Shown here: positions 49,901 to 62,500 of the stretch, piece after piece | How the letters are laid out: every line of letters starts with the position of its first letter | Numbering within the stretch: the stretch's first letter is position 1 | Source: Centroscyllium fabricii | Lineage: Eukaryota | Direction: 5' to 3' | Assembly (NCBI GenBank): GCA_051313645.2 | Contig: JBNRSN020000008.1 | Location: 276,644,001-276,708,000 of the forward strand | Length of the DNA: 64,000 nt | Position numbers and translations under genes: made by a program | The notes under the pieces: model-generated | Databases searched by the model: none | The model's input: the letters and a program-made list of their open reading frames with translations, nothing else | What the model was told of the DNA's origin: nothing

Positions 49901-52900
49901 CTGAAGACAGGGCCTTGGTTTTCACCGGACTCAGAGGGAGAGGTGATCTAGTATCTGAAGACAGGGCCTTGGTTTTCACGGGACTCAGAGGGAGATGTGA
50001 TCTAGTATCTGAAGACAGGGCCTTGGTTTTCACGGGACTCAGATGGAGATGTGATCGAGTATCTGAAGACAGGGCCTTGGTTTTCACAGGACTCAGAGGG
50101 AGATGTGATCAAGTATCTGAAGACAGGGCCTTGGTTTTCCCAGGACTCAGAGGGAGATGTGATCGAGTATCTGAAGACAGGGCCTTGGTTTTCACCGGAC
50201 TCAGAGGGAGATGTGATCTAGTATATGAAGACAGGACCTTGGTTTTCCCAGACTCAGAGGGAGATGTGATCGAGTATCTGAAGACAGGACCTTGGTTTTC
50301 CCGGGACTCAGAGGGAGATGTGATCGAGTATGTGAAGACAGGGCCTTGGTTTTCCCGGGACTCAGAGGGAGATGTGATCTAGTATCTGAAGACAGGGCCT
50401 TGGTTTTCCCAGGACTCAGGGGGAGATGTGATCGAGTATCTGAAGACAGGGCCTTGGTTTTCCCAGACTCAGAGGGAGATGTGGTCGAGTATCTGAAGAC
50501 AGGGCCTTGGTTTTCACAGACTCAGAGGGAGATGTGATCGAGTATCTGAAGACAGGGCCTTGGTTTTCACTGGACTCAGAGGGAGATGCGATCTAGTATC
50601 TGAAGACAGGGCCTTGGTTTTCCCAGGACTCAGAGGGAGATGTGATCTAGTATCTGAAGACAGAGCCTTGGTTTTCACAGGACTCAGAGGGAGATGTGAT
50701 CGAGTATCTGAAGACAGAGCCTTGGTTTTCACAGGACTCAGAGGGAGATGTGATCTAGTATCTGAAGACAGGGCCTTGGTTTCCCCAGACTCAGAGGGAG
50801 ATGTGATCTAGTATCTGAAGACAGGACCTTGGTTTTCCCAGGACTCAGAGGGAGATGTGATCTAGTATCTGAAGACAATGCCTTGGTTTTCCCAGGACTC
50901 AGGGGGAGATGTGATCTAGTATCTGAAGACAGGGCCTTGGTTTCCCCAGACTCAGAGGGAGATGTGATCGAGTATCTGAAGACAGGGCCTTGGTTTTCAC
51001 GGGACTCAGGGGGAGATGTGATCGAGTATCTGAAGACAGGACCTTGGTTTTCACCGGACTCAGAGGGAGATGTGATCTAGTATATGAAGACAGGACCTTG
51101 GTTTTCCCAGACTCAGAGGGAGATGTGATCGAGTATCTGAAGACAGTACCTTGGTTTTCCCGGGACTCAGAGGGAGATGTGATCGAGTATCTGAAGAGAG
51201 GGCCTTGGTTTTCCCGGGACTCAGAGGGAGATGTGATCTAGTATCTGAAGACAGGGCCTTGGTTTTCCCAGGACTCAGGGGGAGATGTGATCGAGTATAT
51301 GAAGACAGGGCCTTGGTTATCAGAGACTCAGAGGGAGATGTGATCGAGTATCTGAAGACAGGGCCTTGGTTTTCACTGGACTCAGAGGGAGATGTGATCT
51401 AGAATCTGAAGACAGGGCCTTGGTTTTCCCAGGACTCAGAGGGAGATGTGATCGAGTATCTGAAGACAGAGCCTTGGTTTTCACAGGACTCAGAGGGAGA
51501 TGTGATCTAGTATCTGAAGACAGGGCCTTGGTTTCCCCAGACTCAGAGGGAGATGTGATCTAGTATCTGAAGACAGGACCTTGGTTTTCCCAGGACTCAG
51601 AGGGAGATGTGATCTAGTATCTGAAGACAGGGCCTTGGTTTCCCCAGACTCAGAGGGAGATTTGATCGAGTATCTGAAGACAGGACCTTGGTTTTCACCG
51701 GACTCAGAGGGAGATGTGATCTAGTATCTGAAGACAGGGCCTTGGTTTTCACGGGACACAGAGGGAGATGTGATCGAGTATCTGAAGACAGGGACTTGAT
51801 TTTCACAGACTCAGAGGGAGATGTGATCGAGTATCTGAAGACAGGACCTTGGTTTTCCCAGACTCGGGGAGAAGTGATCGAGTATCTGAAGACAGGGCCT
51901 TGGTTTTCCCAGGACTCAGAGGGAGATGTGATCTAGTATCTGAAGACAGGGCCTTGGTTTTCACCGGACTCAGAGGGAGATGTGATCTAGTATCTGAAGA
52001 CAGGACCTTGGTTTCCCAGGACTCAGGGGGAGATGTGATCTAGTATCTGAAGACAGGGCCTTGGTTTTCACCGGACTCAGGGGGAGATGCGATCGAGTAT
52101 CTGAAGACAGGGCCTTGGTTTTCACAGACTCAGAGGGAGATGTGATCGAGTATCTGAAGACAGGGCCTTGGTTTTCACCGGACTCAGAGGGAGATGTGAT
52201 CTAGTATCTGAAGACAGGACCTTGGTTTCCCGGGACTCAGAGGGAGATGTGATCGAGTATCTGAAGACAGGGCCTTGGTTTTCCCATACTCAGAGGGAGA
52301 TGTGATCTAGTATCTGAAGACAGGGCCTTGGCTTTCCCAGACTCAGAGGGAGATGTGATCTAGTATCTGAAGACAGGACCTTGGTTTTCACCGGACTCAG
52401 AGGGAGATGTGATCGAGTATCTGAAGACAGGGCCTTGGTTTTCCCAGGACTCAGGGGGAGATGTGATCGAGTATCTGAAGACAGGGCCTTGGTTTTCCCA
52501 GACTCAGGGGGAGATGTGATCGAGTATCTGAAGACAGGGCCTTGGTTTTCCCAGGACTCAGAGGGAGATGTGATCGAGTATCTGAAGACAGAGCCTTGGT
52601 TTTCCCAGACTCAGGGGGAGATGTGATCGAGTATCTGAAGACAGGGCCTTGGTTTTCCCAGACTCAGGGGGAGATGTGATCGAGTATCTGAAGACAGGGA
52701 CTTGGTTTTCCCAGGACTCAGAGGGAGATGTGATCTAGTATCTGAAGACAGGACCTTGGTTTCCCAGGACTCAGGGGGAGATGTGATCTAGTATCTGAAG
52801 ACAGGACCCTGGTTTTCACGGGACTCAGAGGGAGATGTGATCGAGTATCTGAAGACAGGGCCTTGGTTTTCACGGGACTCAGAGGGAGATGTGATCTAGT

Positions 52901-54129
52901 ATCTGAAGACAGGGCCTTGGTTTTCCCAGGACTCAGAGGGAGATGTGATCGAGTATCTGAAGACAGGGCCTTGGTTTTCCCAGACTCAGAGGGAGATGTG
53001 ATCTAGTATCTGAAGACAGGGCCTTGGTTTTCACGGGACTCAGAGGGAGATGTGATCGAGTATCTGAAGACAGGGCCTTGGTTTTCCCAGACTCAGAGAG
53101 AGATGTGATCGAGTATCTGAAGACAGGACCTTGGTTTTCCCAGGACTCAGAGGGAGATGTGATCGAGTATCTGAAGACAGGACCTTTGTTTTCACCAGAC
53201 TCAGAGGGAGATGTGATCTAGTATCTGAAGACAGGGCCTTCGTATTCCCAGGACTCAGAGGGAGATGTGATCTAGTATCTGAAGACAGGACCTTGGTTTT
53301 CACAGACTCAGAGGGAGATGTGATCGAGTATCTGAAGACAGGACCTTGGTTTTCCCAGGACTCAGGGAGAGATGTGATCGAGTATCTGAAGACAGGGCCT
53401 TGGTTTTCACGGGACTCAGAGGGAGATGTGATCGAGTATCTGAAGACAGGACCTTGGTTTTCCCCGGGACTCAGGGGGAGATGTGATCTAGTATCTGAAG
53501 ACAGGGCCTTGGTTTTCACGGGACTCAGAGGGAGATGTGATCGAGTATCTGAAGACAGGGCCTTGGTTTTCACCGGACGCAGAGGGAGATGTGATCTAGT
53601 ATCTGAAGACAGGACCTTGGTTTTCCCGGGACTCAGAGGGAGATGTGATCGTGTATCTGAAGACAGGACCTTGGTTTTCACAGGACTCAGAGGGAGATGT
53701 GATCTAGTATCTGAAGACAGGGCTTTGGTTTTCCCAGAATCAGGGGGAGATGTGATCTAGTATCTGAAGACAGGGCCTTGGTTTTTACCGGACTCAGAGG
53801 GAGATGTGATCGAGTATCTGAAGACAGGGCCTTGGTTTTCACAGACTCAGAGGGAGATGTGATCTAGTATCTGAAGACAGGGCCTTGGTTTTCACCGGAC
53901 TCAGGGGGAGATGTGATCGAGTATCTGAAGACAGGACCTTGGTTTTCCCAGGACTCAGAGGGAGATGTGATCGAGTATCTGAAGACAGGACCTTGGTTTT
54001 CCCAGGACTCAGAGGGAGATGTGATCTAGTATCTGAAGACAGGGCCTTGGTTTTCCCAGACTCAGGGGGAGATGTCATCGAGTATCTGAAGACAGGAACT
54101 TGGTTTTTCCCAGACTCAGGGGGAGATGT

Positions 54130-57100
54130 GATCGAGTATCTGAAGACTGGGACTTGGTTTTCCCAGACTCAGAGAGAGATGTGATCGAGTATCTGAAGAC
54201 AGGACCTTGTTTTTCCCAGGACTCAGAGGGAGATGTGATGTAGTATCTGAAGACAGGACCCTGGTTTTCACGGGACTCAGAGGGAGATGTGATCTAGTAT
54301 CTGAAGACAGGGCCTTGGTTTTCCCAGGACTCAGAGGGAGATGTGATCGAGTATCTGAAGACAGGGCCTTGGTTTTCCCAGACTCAGAGGGAGATGTGAT
54401 CTAGTATCTGAAGACAGGGCCTTGGTTTTCACGGGACTCAGAGGGAGATGTGATCGAGTATCTGAAGACAGGGCCTTGGTTTTCCCAGACTCAGAGAGAG
54501 ATGTGATCGAGTATCTGAAGACAGGACCTTGGTTTTCCCAGGACTCAGAGGGAGATGTGATCTAGTATCTGAAGACAGGACCTTGGTTTTCACGGGACTC
54601 AGAGGGAGATGTGATCTAGTATCTGAAGACAGAGCCTTGGTTTTCACGGGACTCAGAGGGAGATGTGATCTAGTATCTGAAGACAGGACCTTGGTTTTCA
54701 CCGGACTCAGGGAGATGTGATCGAGTATCTGAAGACAGGGCCTTGGTTTTCCCAGACTCAGAGGGAGATGTGATCTAGTATCTGAAGACAGGACCTTGGT
54801 TTTCCCAGGACTCAGGGGGAGATGTGATCGAGTATCTGAAGACAGGACCTTGGTTTTCACCGGACTCAGAGGGAGATGTGATCTAGTATCTGAAGACAGG
54901 GCCTTGGTTTTCCCGGGACTCAGAGGGAGATGTGATCGAGTATCTGAAGACAGGGCCTTGGTTTTCCCAGACTCAGAGGGAGATGTGATCGAGTATCTGA
55001 AGACAGGGCCTTGGTTTTCCCAGGACGCAGAGGGAGATGTGATCTAGCATCTGAAGACAGAGCCATGGTTTTCCCAGACTCAGGGGGAGATGTGATCTAG
55101 TATCTGAAGACAGGGCCTTGGTTTTCACGGGACTCAGAGGGAGATGTGATCGAGTATCTGAAGACAGGGCCTTGGTTTTCCCAGGACTCAGAGAGAGATG
55201 TGATCTAGTATCTGAAGACAGGGCCTTGGTTTTCCCAGACTCAGAGAGAGATGTGATATAGTATCTGAAGACAGCACCTTGGTTTTCCCGGGACTCAGAG
55301 GGAGATGTGATCGAGTATCTGAAGACAGGACATTGGTTTTCCCAGACTCAGAGGGAGATGTGATCTAGTATCTGAAGACAGGGCCTTGGTTTTCCCAGGA
55401 CTCAGAGGGAGATGTGATCGAGTATCTGAAGACAGGACCTTGGTTTTTCACAGACTCAGAGGGAGATGTGATCTAGTATCTGAAGACAGGACCTTGGTTT
55501 TCATGGGTCTCAGGGGGAGATGTGATCGAGTATCTGAAGACAGGGCCTTGGTTTTCACCGGACTCAGAGGGAGATGTGATCTAGTATCTGAAGACAGGAC
55601 CTTGGTTTTCCCAGACTCAGGGTGAGATGTGATCTAGTATCTGAAGACAGGGCCTTGGTTTTCCCTGGACTCAGTGGGAGATGTGATCTAGCATCTGAAG
55701 ACAGGGCCTTGGTTTTCCCAGGACTCAGGGGGAGATGTGATCTAGTATCTGAAGACAGGGCCTTGGTTTTCCCAGGACTCAGAGGGAGATGTGATCTAGT
55801 ATCTGAAGACAGGGCCTTGGTTTTCCCAGGACTCAGGGGGAGATGTGATCTAGTATCTGAAGACAGGACCTTGGTTTTCACAGACTCAGGGGGAGATGTG
55901 ATCGAGTATCTGAAGACAGGGCCTTGGTTTTCACAGGACTCAGAGGGAGATGTGATCGAGTACCTGAAGACAGGTCCTTGGTTTTCCCAGACTCAGAGGG
56001 AGATGTGATCGAGTATCTGAAGACAGGGCCTTGGTTTTCACGGGGCTCAGAGGGAGATGTGATCTAGTATCTGAAGACAGGGCCTTGGTTTTCCCCGGGA
56101 CTCAGAGGGAGATGTGATCGAATATCTGAAGACAGGGTCTTGGTTTTCACAGGACTCAGATTGAGATGTGATCGAGTATCTGAAGACAGGGCCTTGGTTT
56201 TCCCAGACTCAGAGGGTGATGTGATCTAGTATCTGAAGACAGGGCCTTGATTTTCACGGGACTCAGGGGAGATGTGATCGAGTATCTGAAGACAGGGCCT
56301 TGGTTTCCCCGGGACTCAGAGGGAGATGTGATCGAGTATCTGAAGACTGGGACTTGGTTTTCCCAGACTCAGAGAGAGATGTGATCGAGTATCTGAAGAC
56401 AGGACCTTGTTTTTCCCAGGACTCAGAGGGAGATGTGATGTAGTATCTGAAGACAGGACCCTGGTTTTCACGGGACTCAGAGGGAGATGTGATCTAGTAT
56501 CTGAAGACAGGGCCTTGGTTTTCCCAGGACTCAGAGGGAGATGTGATCGAGTATCTGAAGACAGGGCCTTGGTTTTCCCAGACTCAGAGGGAGATGTGAT
56601 CTAGTATCTGAAGACAGGGCCTTGGTTTTCACGGGACTCAGAGGGAGATGTGATCGAGTATCTGAAGACAGGGCCTTGGTTTTCCCAGACTCAGAGAGAG
56701 ATGTGATCGAGTATCTGAAGACAGGACCTTGGTTTTCCCAGGACTCAGAGGGAGATGTGATCTAGTATCTGAAGACAGGGACCTTGGTTTTCACGGGACT
56801 CAGAGGGAGATGTGATCTAGTATCTGAAGACAGAGCCTTGGTTTTCACGGGACTCAGAGGGAGATGTGATCTAGTATCTGAAGACAGGACCTTGGTTTTC
56901 ACCGGACTCAGGGAGATGTGATCGAGTATCTGAAGACAGGGCCTTGGTTTTCCCAGACTCAGAGGGAGATGTGATCTAGTATCTGAAGACAGGACCTTGG
57001 TTTTCCCAGGACTCAGGGGGAGATGTGATCGAGTATCTGAAGACAGGACCTTGGTTTTCACCGGACTCAGAGGGAGATGTGATCTAGTATCTGAAGACAG

Positions 57101-58540
57101 GGCCTTGGTTTTCCCGGGACTCAGAGGGAGATGTGATCGAGTATCTGAAGACAGGGCCTTGGTTTTCCCAGACTCAGAGGGAGATGTGATCGAGTATCTG
57201 AAGACAGGGCCTTGGTTTTCCCAGGACGCAGAGGGAGATGTGATCTAGCATCTGAAGACAGAGCCATGGTTTTCCCAGACTCAGGGGGAGATGTGATCTA
57301 GTATCTGAAGACAGGGCCTTGGTTTTCACGGGACTCAGAGGGAGATGTGATCGAGTATCTGAAGACAGGGCCTTGGTTTTCCCAGGACTCAGAGAGAGAT
57401 GTGATCTAGTATCTGAAGACAGGGCCTTGGTTTTCCCAGACTCAGAGAGAGATGTGATATAGTATCTGAAGACAGCACCTTGGTTTTCCCGGGACTCAGA
57501 GGGAGATGTGATCGAGTATCTGAAGACAGGACATTGGTTTTCCCAGACTCAGAGGGAGATGTGATCTAGTATCTGAAGACAGGGCCTTGGTTTTCCCAGG
57601 ACTCAGAGGGAGATGTGATCGAGTATCTGAAGACAGGACCTTGGTTTTTCACAGACTCAGAGGGAGATGTGATCTAGTATCTGAAGACAGGACCTTGGTT
57701 TTCATGGGTCTCAGGGGGAGATGTGATCGAGTATCTGAAGACAGGGCCTTGGTTTTCACCGGACTCAGAGGGAGATGTGATCTAGTATCTGAAGACAGGA
57801 CCTTGGTTTTCCCAGACTCAGGGTGAGATGTGATCTAGTATCTGAAGACAGGGCCTTGGTTTTCCCTGGACTCAGTGGGAGATGTGATCTAGCATCTGAA
57901 GACAGGGCCTTGGTTTTCCCAGGACTCAGGGGGAGATGTGATCTAGTATCTGAAGACAGGGCCTTGGTTTTCCCAGGACTCAGAGGGAGATGTGATCTAG
58001 TATCTGAAGACAGGGCCTTGGTTTTCCCAGGACTCAGGGGGAGATGTGATCTAGTATCTGAAGACAGGACCTTGGTTTTCACAGACTCAGGGGGAGATGT
58101 GATCGAGTATCTGAAGACAGGGCCTTGGTTTTCACAGGACTCAGAGGGAGATGTGATCGAGTACCTGAAGACAGGTCCTTGGTTTTCCCAGACTCAGAGG
58201 GAGATGTGATCGAGTATCTGAAGACAGGGCCTTGGTTTTCACGGGGCTCAGAGGGAGATGTGATCTAGTATCTGAAGACAGGGCCTTGGTTTTCCCCGGG
58301 ACTCAGAGGGAGATGTGATCGAATATCTGAAGACAGGGTCTTGGTTTTCACAGGACTCAGATTGAGATGTGATCGAGTATCTGAAGACAGGGCCTTGGTT
58401 TTCCCAGACTCAGAGGGTGATGTGATCTAGTATCTGAAGACAGGGCCTTGATTTTCACGGGACTCAGGGGGAGATGTGATCGAGTATCTGAAGACAGGGC
58501 CTTGGTTTCCCCGGGACTCAGAGGGAGATGTGATCGAGTA
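54130..58540. repeat. Near-perfect tandem duplication, unit 2200/2201 bp (41 monomers)
   Basis: ORF pairs 54207/56407, 54796/56997, 55386/57587, 55622/57823. Shared variants CAGATTGAG, CATGGGTCTC, GAGCCATGG. Confidence 0.9.
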
Positions 58541-59529
58541 TCTGAAGACAGGGCCTTGGTTTTCCCAGACTCAGAGGGAGATGTGATCTAGTATCTGAAG
58601 ACAGGGCCTTGGTTTTCCCGGGACTCGGGGAGATGTGATCGAGTATCTGAAGACAGGGCCTTGGTTTTTCCCGGGACTCAGGGGGAGATGTGATCGAGTA
58701 TCTGAAGACTGGGCCTTGGTTTTCCCAGACTCAGAGGGAGATGTGATCGAGTATCTGAAGACAGGGCCTTGGTTTTCCCGGGACTCAGAGGGAGATGTGA
58801 TCGAGTATCTGAAGACAGGGCCTTGGTTTTCCCAGACTCAGAGGGAGATGTGATCGAGTATCTGAAGACAGGGCCTTGGTTTTCCCAGACTCAGGGGGAG
58901 ATGTGATCGAGTATCTGAAGACAGGGCCTTGGTTTTCCCAGGACTCAGAGGGAGATGTGATCTAGTATCTGAAGACAGGGCCTTGGTTTTCCCAGACTCA
59001 GAGGGAGATGTGATCGAGTATCTGAAGACAGGGCCTTGGTTTTCCCAGACTCAGAGAGAGATGTGATTGAGTATCTGAAGACAGGACCTTGGTTTTCCCA
59101 GGACTCAGAGGGAGATGTGATCTAGTATCTGAAGACAGGACCTTGGTTTTCACGGGACTCAGAGGGAGATGTGATCTAGTATCTGAAGACAGGGCCTTGG
59201 TTTTCACGGGACTCAGAGGGAGATGTGATCTAGTATCTGAAGACAGGACCTTGGTTTTCACCGGACTCAGGGAGATGTGATCGAGTATCTGAAGACAGGG
59301 CCTTGGTTTTCCCAGACTCAGAGGGAGATGTGATCTAGTATCTGAAGACAGGACCTTGGTTTTCCCAGGACTCAGGGGGAGATGTGATCGAGTATCTGAA
59401 GACAGGACCTTGGTTTTCACCGGACTCAGAGGGAGATGTGATCTAGTATCTGAAGACAGGACCTTGGTTTTCCCAGGACTCAGGGGGAGATGTGATCGAG
59501 TATCTGAAGACAGGACCTTGGTTTTCACC

Positions 59530-62500
59530 GGACTCAGAGGGAGATGTGATCGAGTATCTGAAGACAGGGCCTTGGTTTTCCCAGGACTCAGAGAGAGATG
59601 TGATCTAGTATCTGAAGACAGGGCCTTGGTTTTCCCAGACTCAGAGAGAGATGTGATCTAGTATCTGAAGACAGGGCCTTGGTTTTTACCGGACTCAGAG
59701 GGAGATGTGATCGAGTATCTGAAGACAGGGCCTTGGTTTTCACAGACTCAGAGGGAGATGTGATCTAGCATCTGAAGACAGGGCCTTGGTTTTCACCGGA
59801 CACAGGGGGAGATGTGATCGAGTATCTGAAGACAGGACCTTGGTTTTCCCAGGACTCAGAGGGAGATGTGATCGAGTATCTGAAGACAGGACCTTGGTTT
59901 TCCTAGGACTCAGAGGGAGATGTGATCTAGTATCTGAAGACAGGGCCTTGGTTTTCCCAGACTCAGGGGGAGATGTCATCGAGTATCTGAAGACAGGAAC
60001 TTGGTTTTTCCCAGACTCAGGGGGAGATGTGATCGAGTATCTGAAGACTGGGACTTGGTTTTCCCAGACTCAGAGAGAGATGTGATCGAGTATCTGAAGA
60101 CAGGACCTTGTTTTTCCCAGGACTCAGAGGGAGATGTGATGTAGTATCTGAAGACAGGACCTTGGTTTTCACGGGACTCAGAGGGAGATGTGATCGAGTA
60201 TCTGAAGACAGGGCCTTGGTTTTCACGGGACTCAGAGGGAGATGTGATCTAGTATCTGAAGACAGGGCCTTGGTTTTCCCAGGACTCAGAGGGAGATGTG
60301 ATCGAGTATCTGAAGACAGGGCCTTGGTTTTCCCAGACTCAGAGGGAGATGTGATCTAGTATCTGAAGACAGGGCCTTGGTTTTCACGGGACTCAGAGGG
60401 AGATGTGATCGAGTATCTGAAGACAGGGCCTTGGTTTTCCCAGACTCAGAGAGAGATGTGATCGAGTATCTGAAGACAGGACCTTGGTTTTCCCAGGACT
60501 CAGAGGGAGATGTGATCTAGTAACTGAAGACAGGACCTTGGTTTTCACGGGACTCAGAGGGAGATGTGATCTAGTATCTGAAGACAGAGCCTTGGTTTTC
60601 ACGGGACTCAGAGGGAGATGTGATCTAGTATCTGAAGACAGGACCTTGGTTTTCACCGGACTCAGGGAGATGTGATCGAGTATCTGAAGACAGGGTCTTG
60701 GTTTTCCCAGACTCAGAGGGAGATGTGATCTAGTATCTGAAGACAGGACCTTGGTTTTCCCAGGACTCAGGGGGAGATGTGATCGAGTATCTGAAGACAG
60801 GACCTTGGTTTTCACCGGACTCAGAGGGAGATGTGATCTAGTATCTGAAGACAGGGTCTTGGTTTTCCCGGGACTCAGAGGGAGATGTGATCGAGTATCT
60901 GAAGACAGGGCCTTGGTTTTCCCAGACTCAGAGGGAGATGTGATCGAGTATCTGAAGACAGGGCCTTGGTTTTCCCAGGACTCAGAGGGAGATGTGATCT
61001 AGCATCTGAAGACAGAGCCTTGGTTTTCCCAGACTCAGGGGGAGATGTGATCTAGTATCTGAAGACAGGGCCTTGGTTTTCACGGGACTCAGAGGGAGAT
61101 GTGATCGAGTATCTGAAGACAGGGCCTTGGTTTTCCCAGGACTCAGAGAGAGATGTGATCTAGTATCTGAAGACAGGGCCTTGGTTTTCCCAGACTCAGA
61201 GAGAGATGTGATATAGTATCTGAAGACAGCACCTTGGTTTTCCCGGGACTCAGAGGGAGATGTGATCGAGTATCTGAAGACAGGACATTGGTTTTCCCAG
61301 ACTCAGAGGGAGATGTGATCTAGTATCTGAAGACAGGGCCTTGGTTTTCCCAGGACTCAGAGGGAGATGTGATCGAGTATCTGAAGACAGGACCTTGGTT
61401 TTTCACAGACTCAGAGGGAGATGTGATCTAGTATCTGAAGACAGGACCTTGGTTTTCACGGGTATCAGGGGGAGATGTGATCGAGTATCTGAAGACAGGG
61501 CCTTGGTTTTCACCGGACTCAGAGGGAGATGTGATCTAGTATCTGAAGACAGGACCTTGGTTTTCCCAGACTCAGGGTGAGATGTGATCTAGTATCTGAA
61601 GACAGGGACTTGGTTTTCCCTGGACTCAGAGGGAGATGTGATCTAGTATCTGAAGACAGGGCCTTGGTTTTCCCAGGACTCAGGGGGAGATGTGATCTAG
61701 TATCTGAAGACAGGGCCTTGGTTTTCCAAGGACTCAGAGGGAGATGTGATCTAGTATCTGAAGACAGGGCCTTGGTTTTCGCAGGACTCAGGGGGAGATG
61801 TGATCTAGTATCTGTAGACAGGACCTTGGTTTTCACAGACTCAGGGGGAGATGTGATCGAGGATCTGAAGACAGGGCCTTGGTTTTCACAGGACTCAGAG
61901 GGAGATGTGATCGAGTATCTGAAGACAGGTCCTTGGTTTTCCCAGACTCAGAGGGAGATGTGATCGAGTATCTGAAGACAGGGCCTTGGTTTTCCCAGAC
62001 TCAGAGGGAGATGTGATCTAGTATCTGAAGACAGAGCCTTGGTTTTCCCAGACTCAGGGGGAGATGTGATCTAGTATCTGAAGACAGGGCCTTGGTTTTC
62101 ACGGGACTCAGAGGGAGATGTGATCGAGTATCTGAAGACAGGGCCTTGGTTTTCCCAGGACTCAGAGAGAGATGTGATCTAGTATCTGAAGACAGGGCCT
62201 TGGTTTTCCCAGACTCAGAGAGAGATGTGATCTAGTATCTGAAGACAGGGCCTTGGTTTTTACCGGACTCAGAGGGAGATGTGATCGAGTATCTGAAGAC
62301 AGGGCCTTGGTTTTCACAGACTCAGAGGGAGATGTGATCTAGCATCTGAAGACAGGGCCTTGGTTTTCACCGGACACAGGGGGAGATGTGATCGAGTATC
62401 TGAAGACAGGACCTTGGTTTTCCCAGGACTCAGAGGGAGATGTGATCGAGTATCTGAAGACAGGACCTTGGTTTTCCCAGGACTCAGAGGGAGATGTGAT

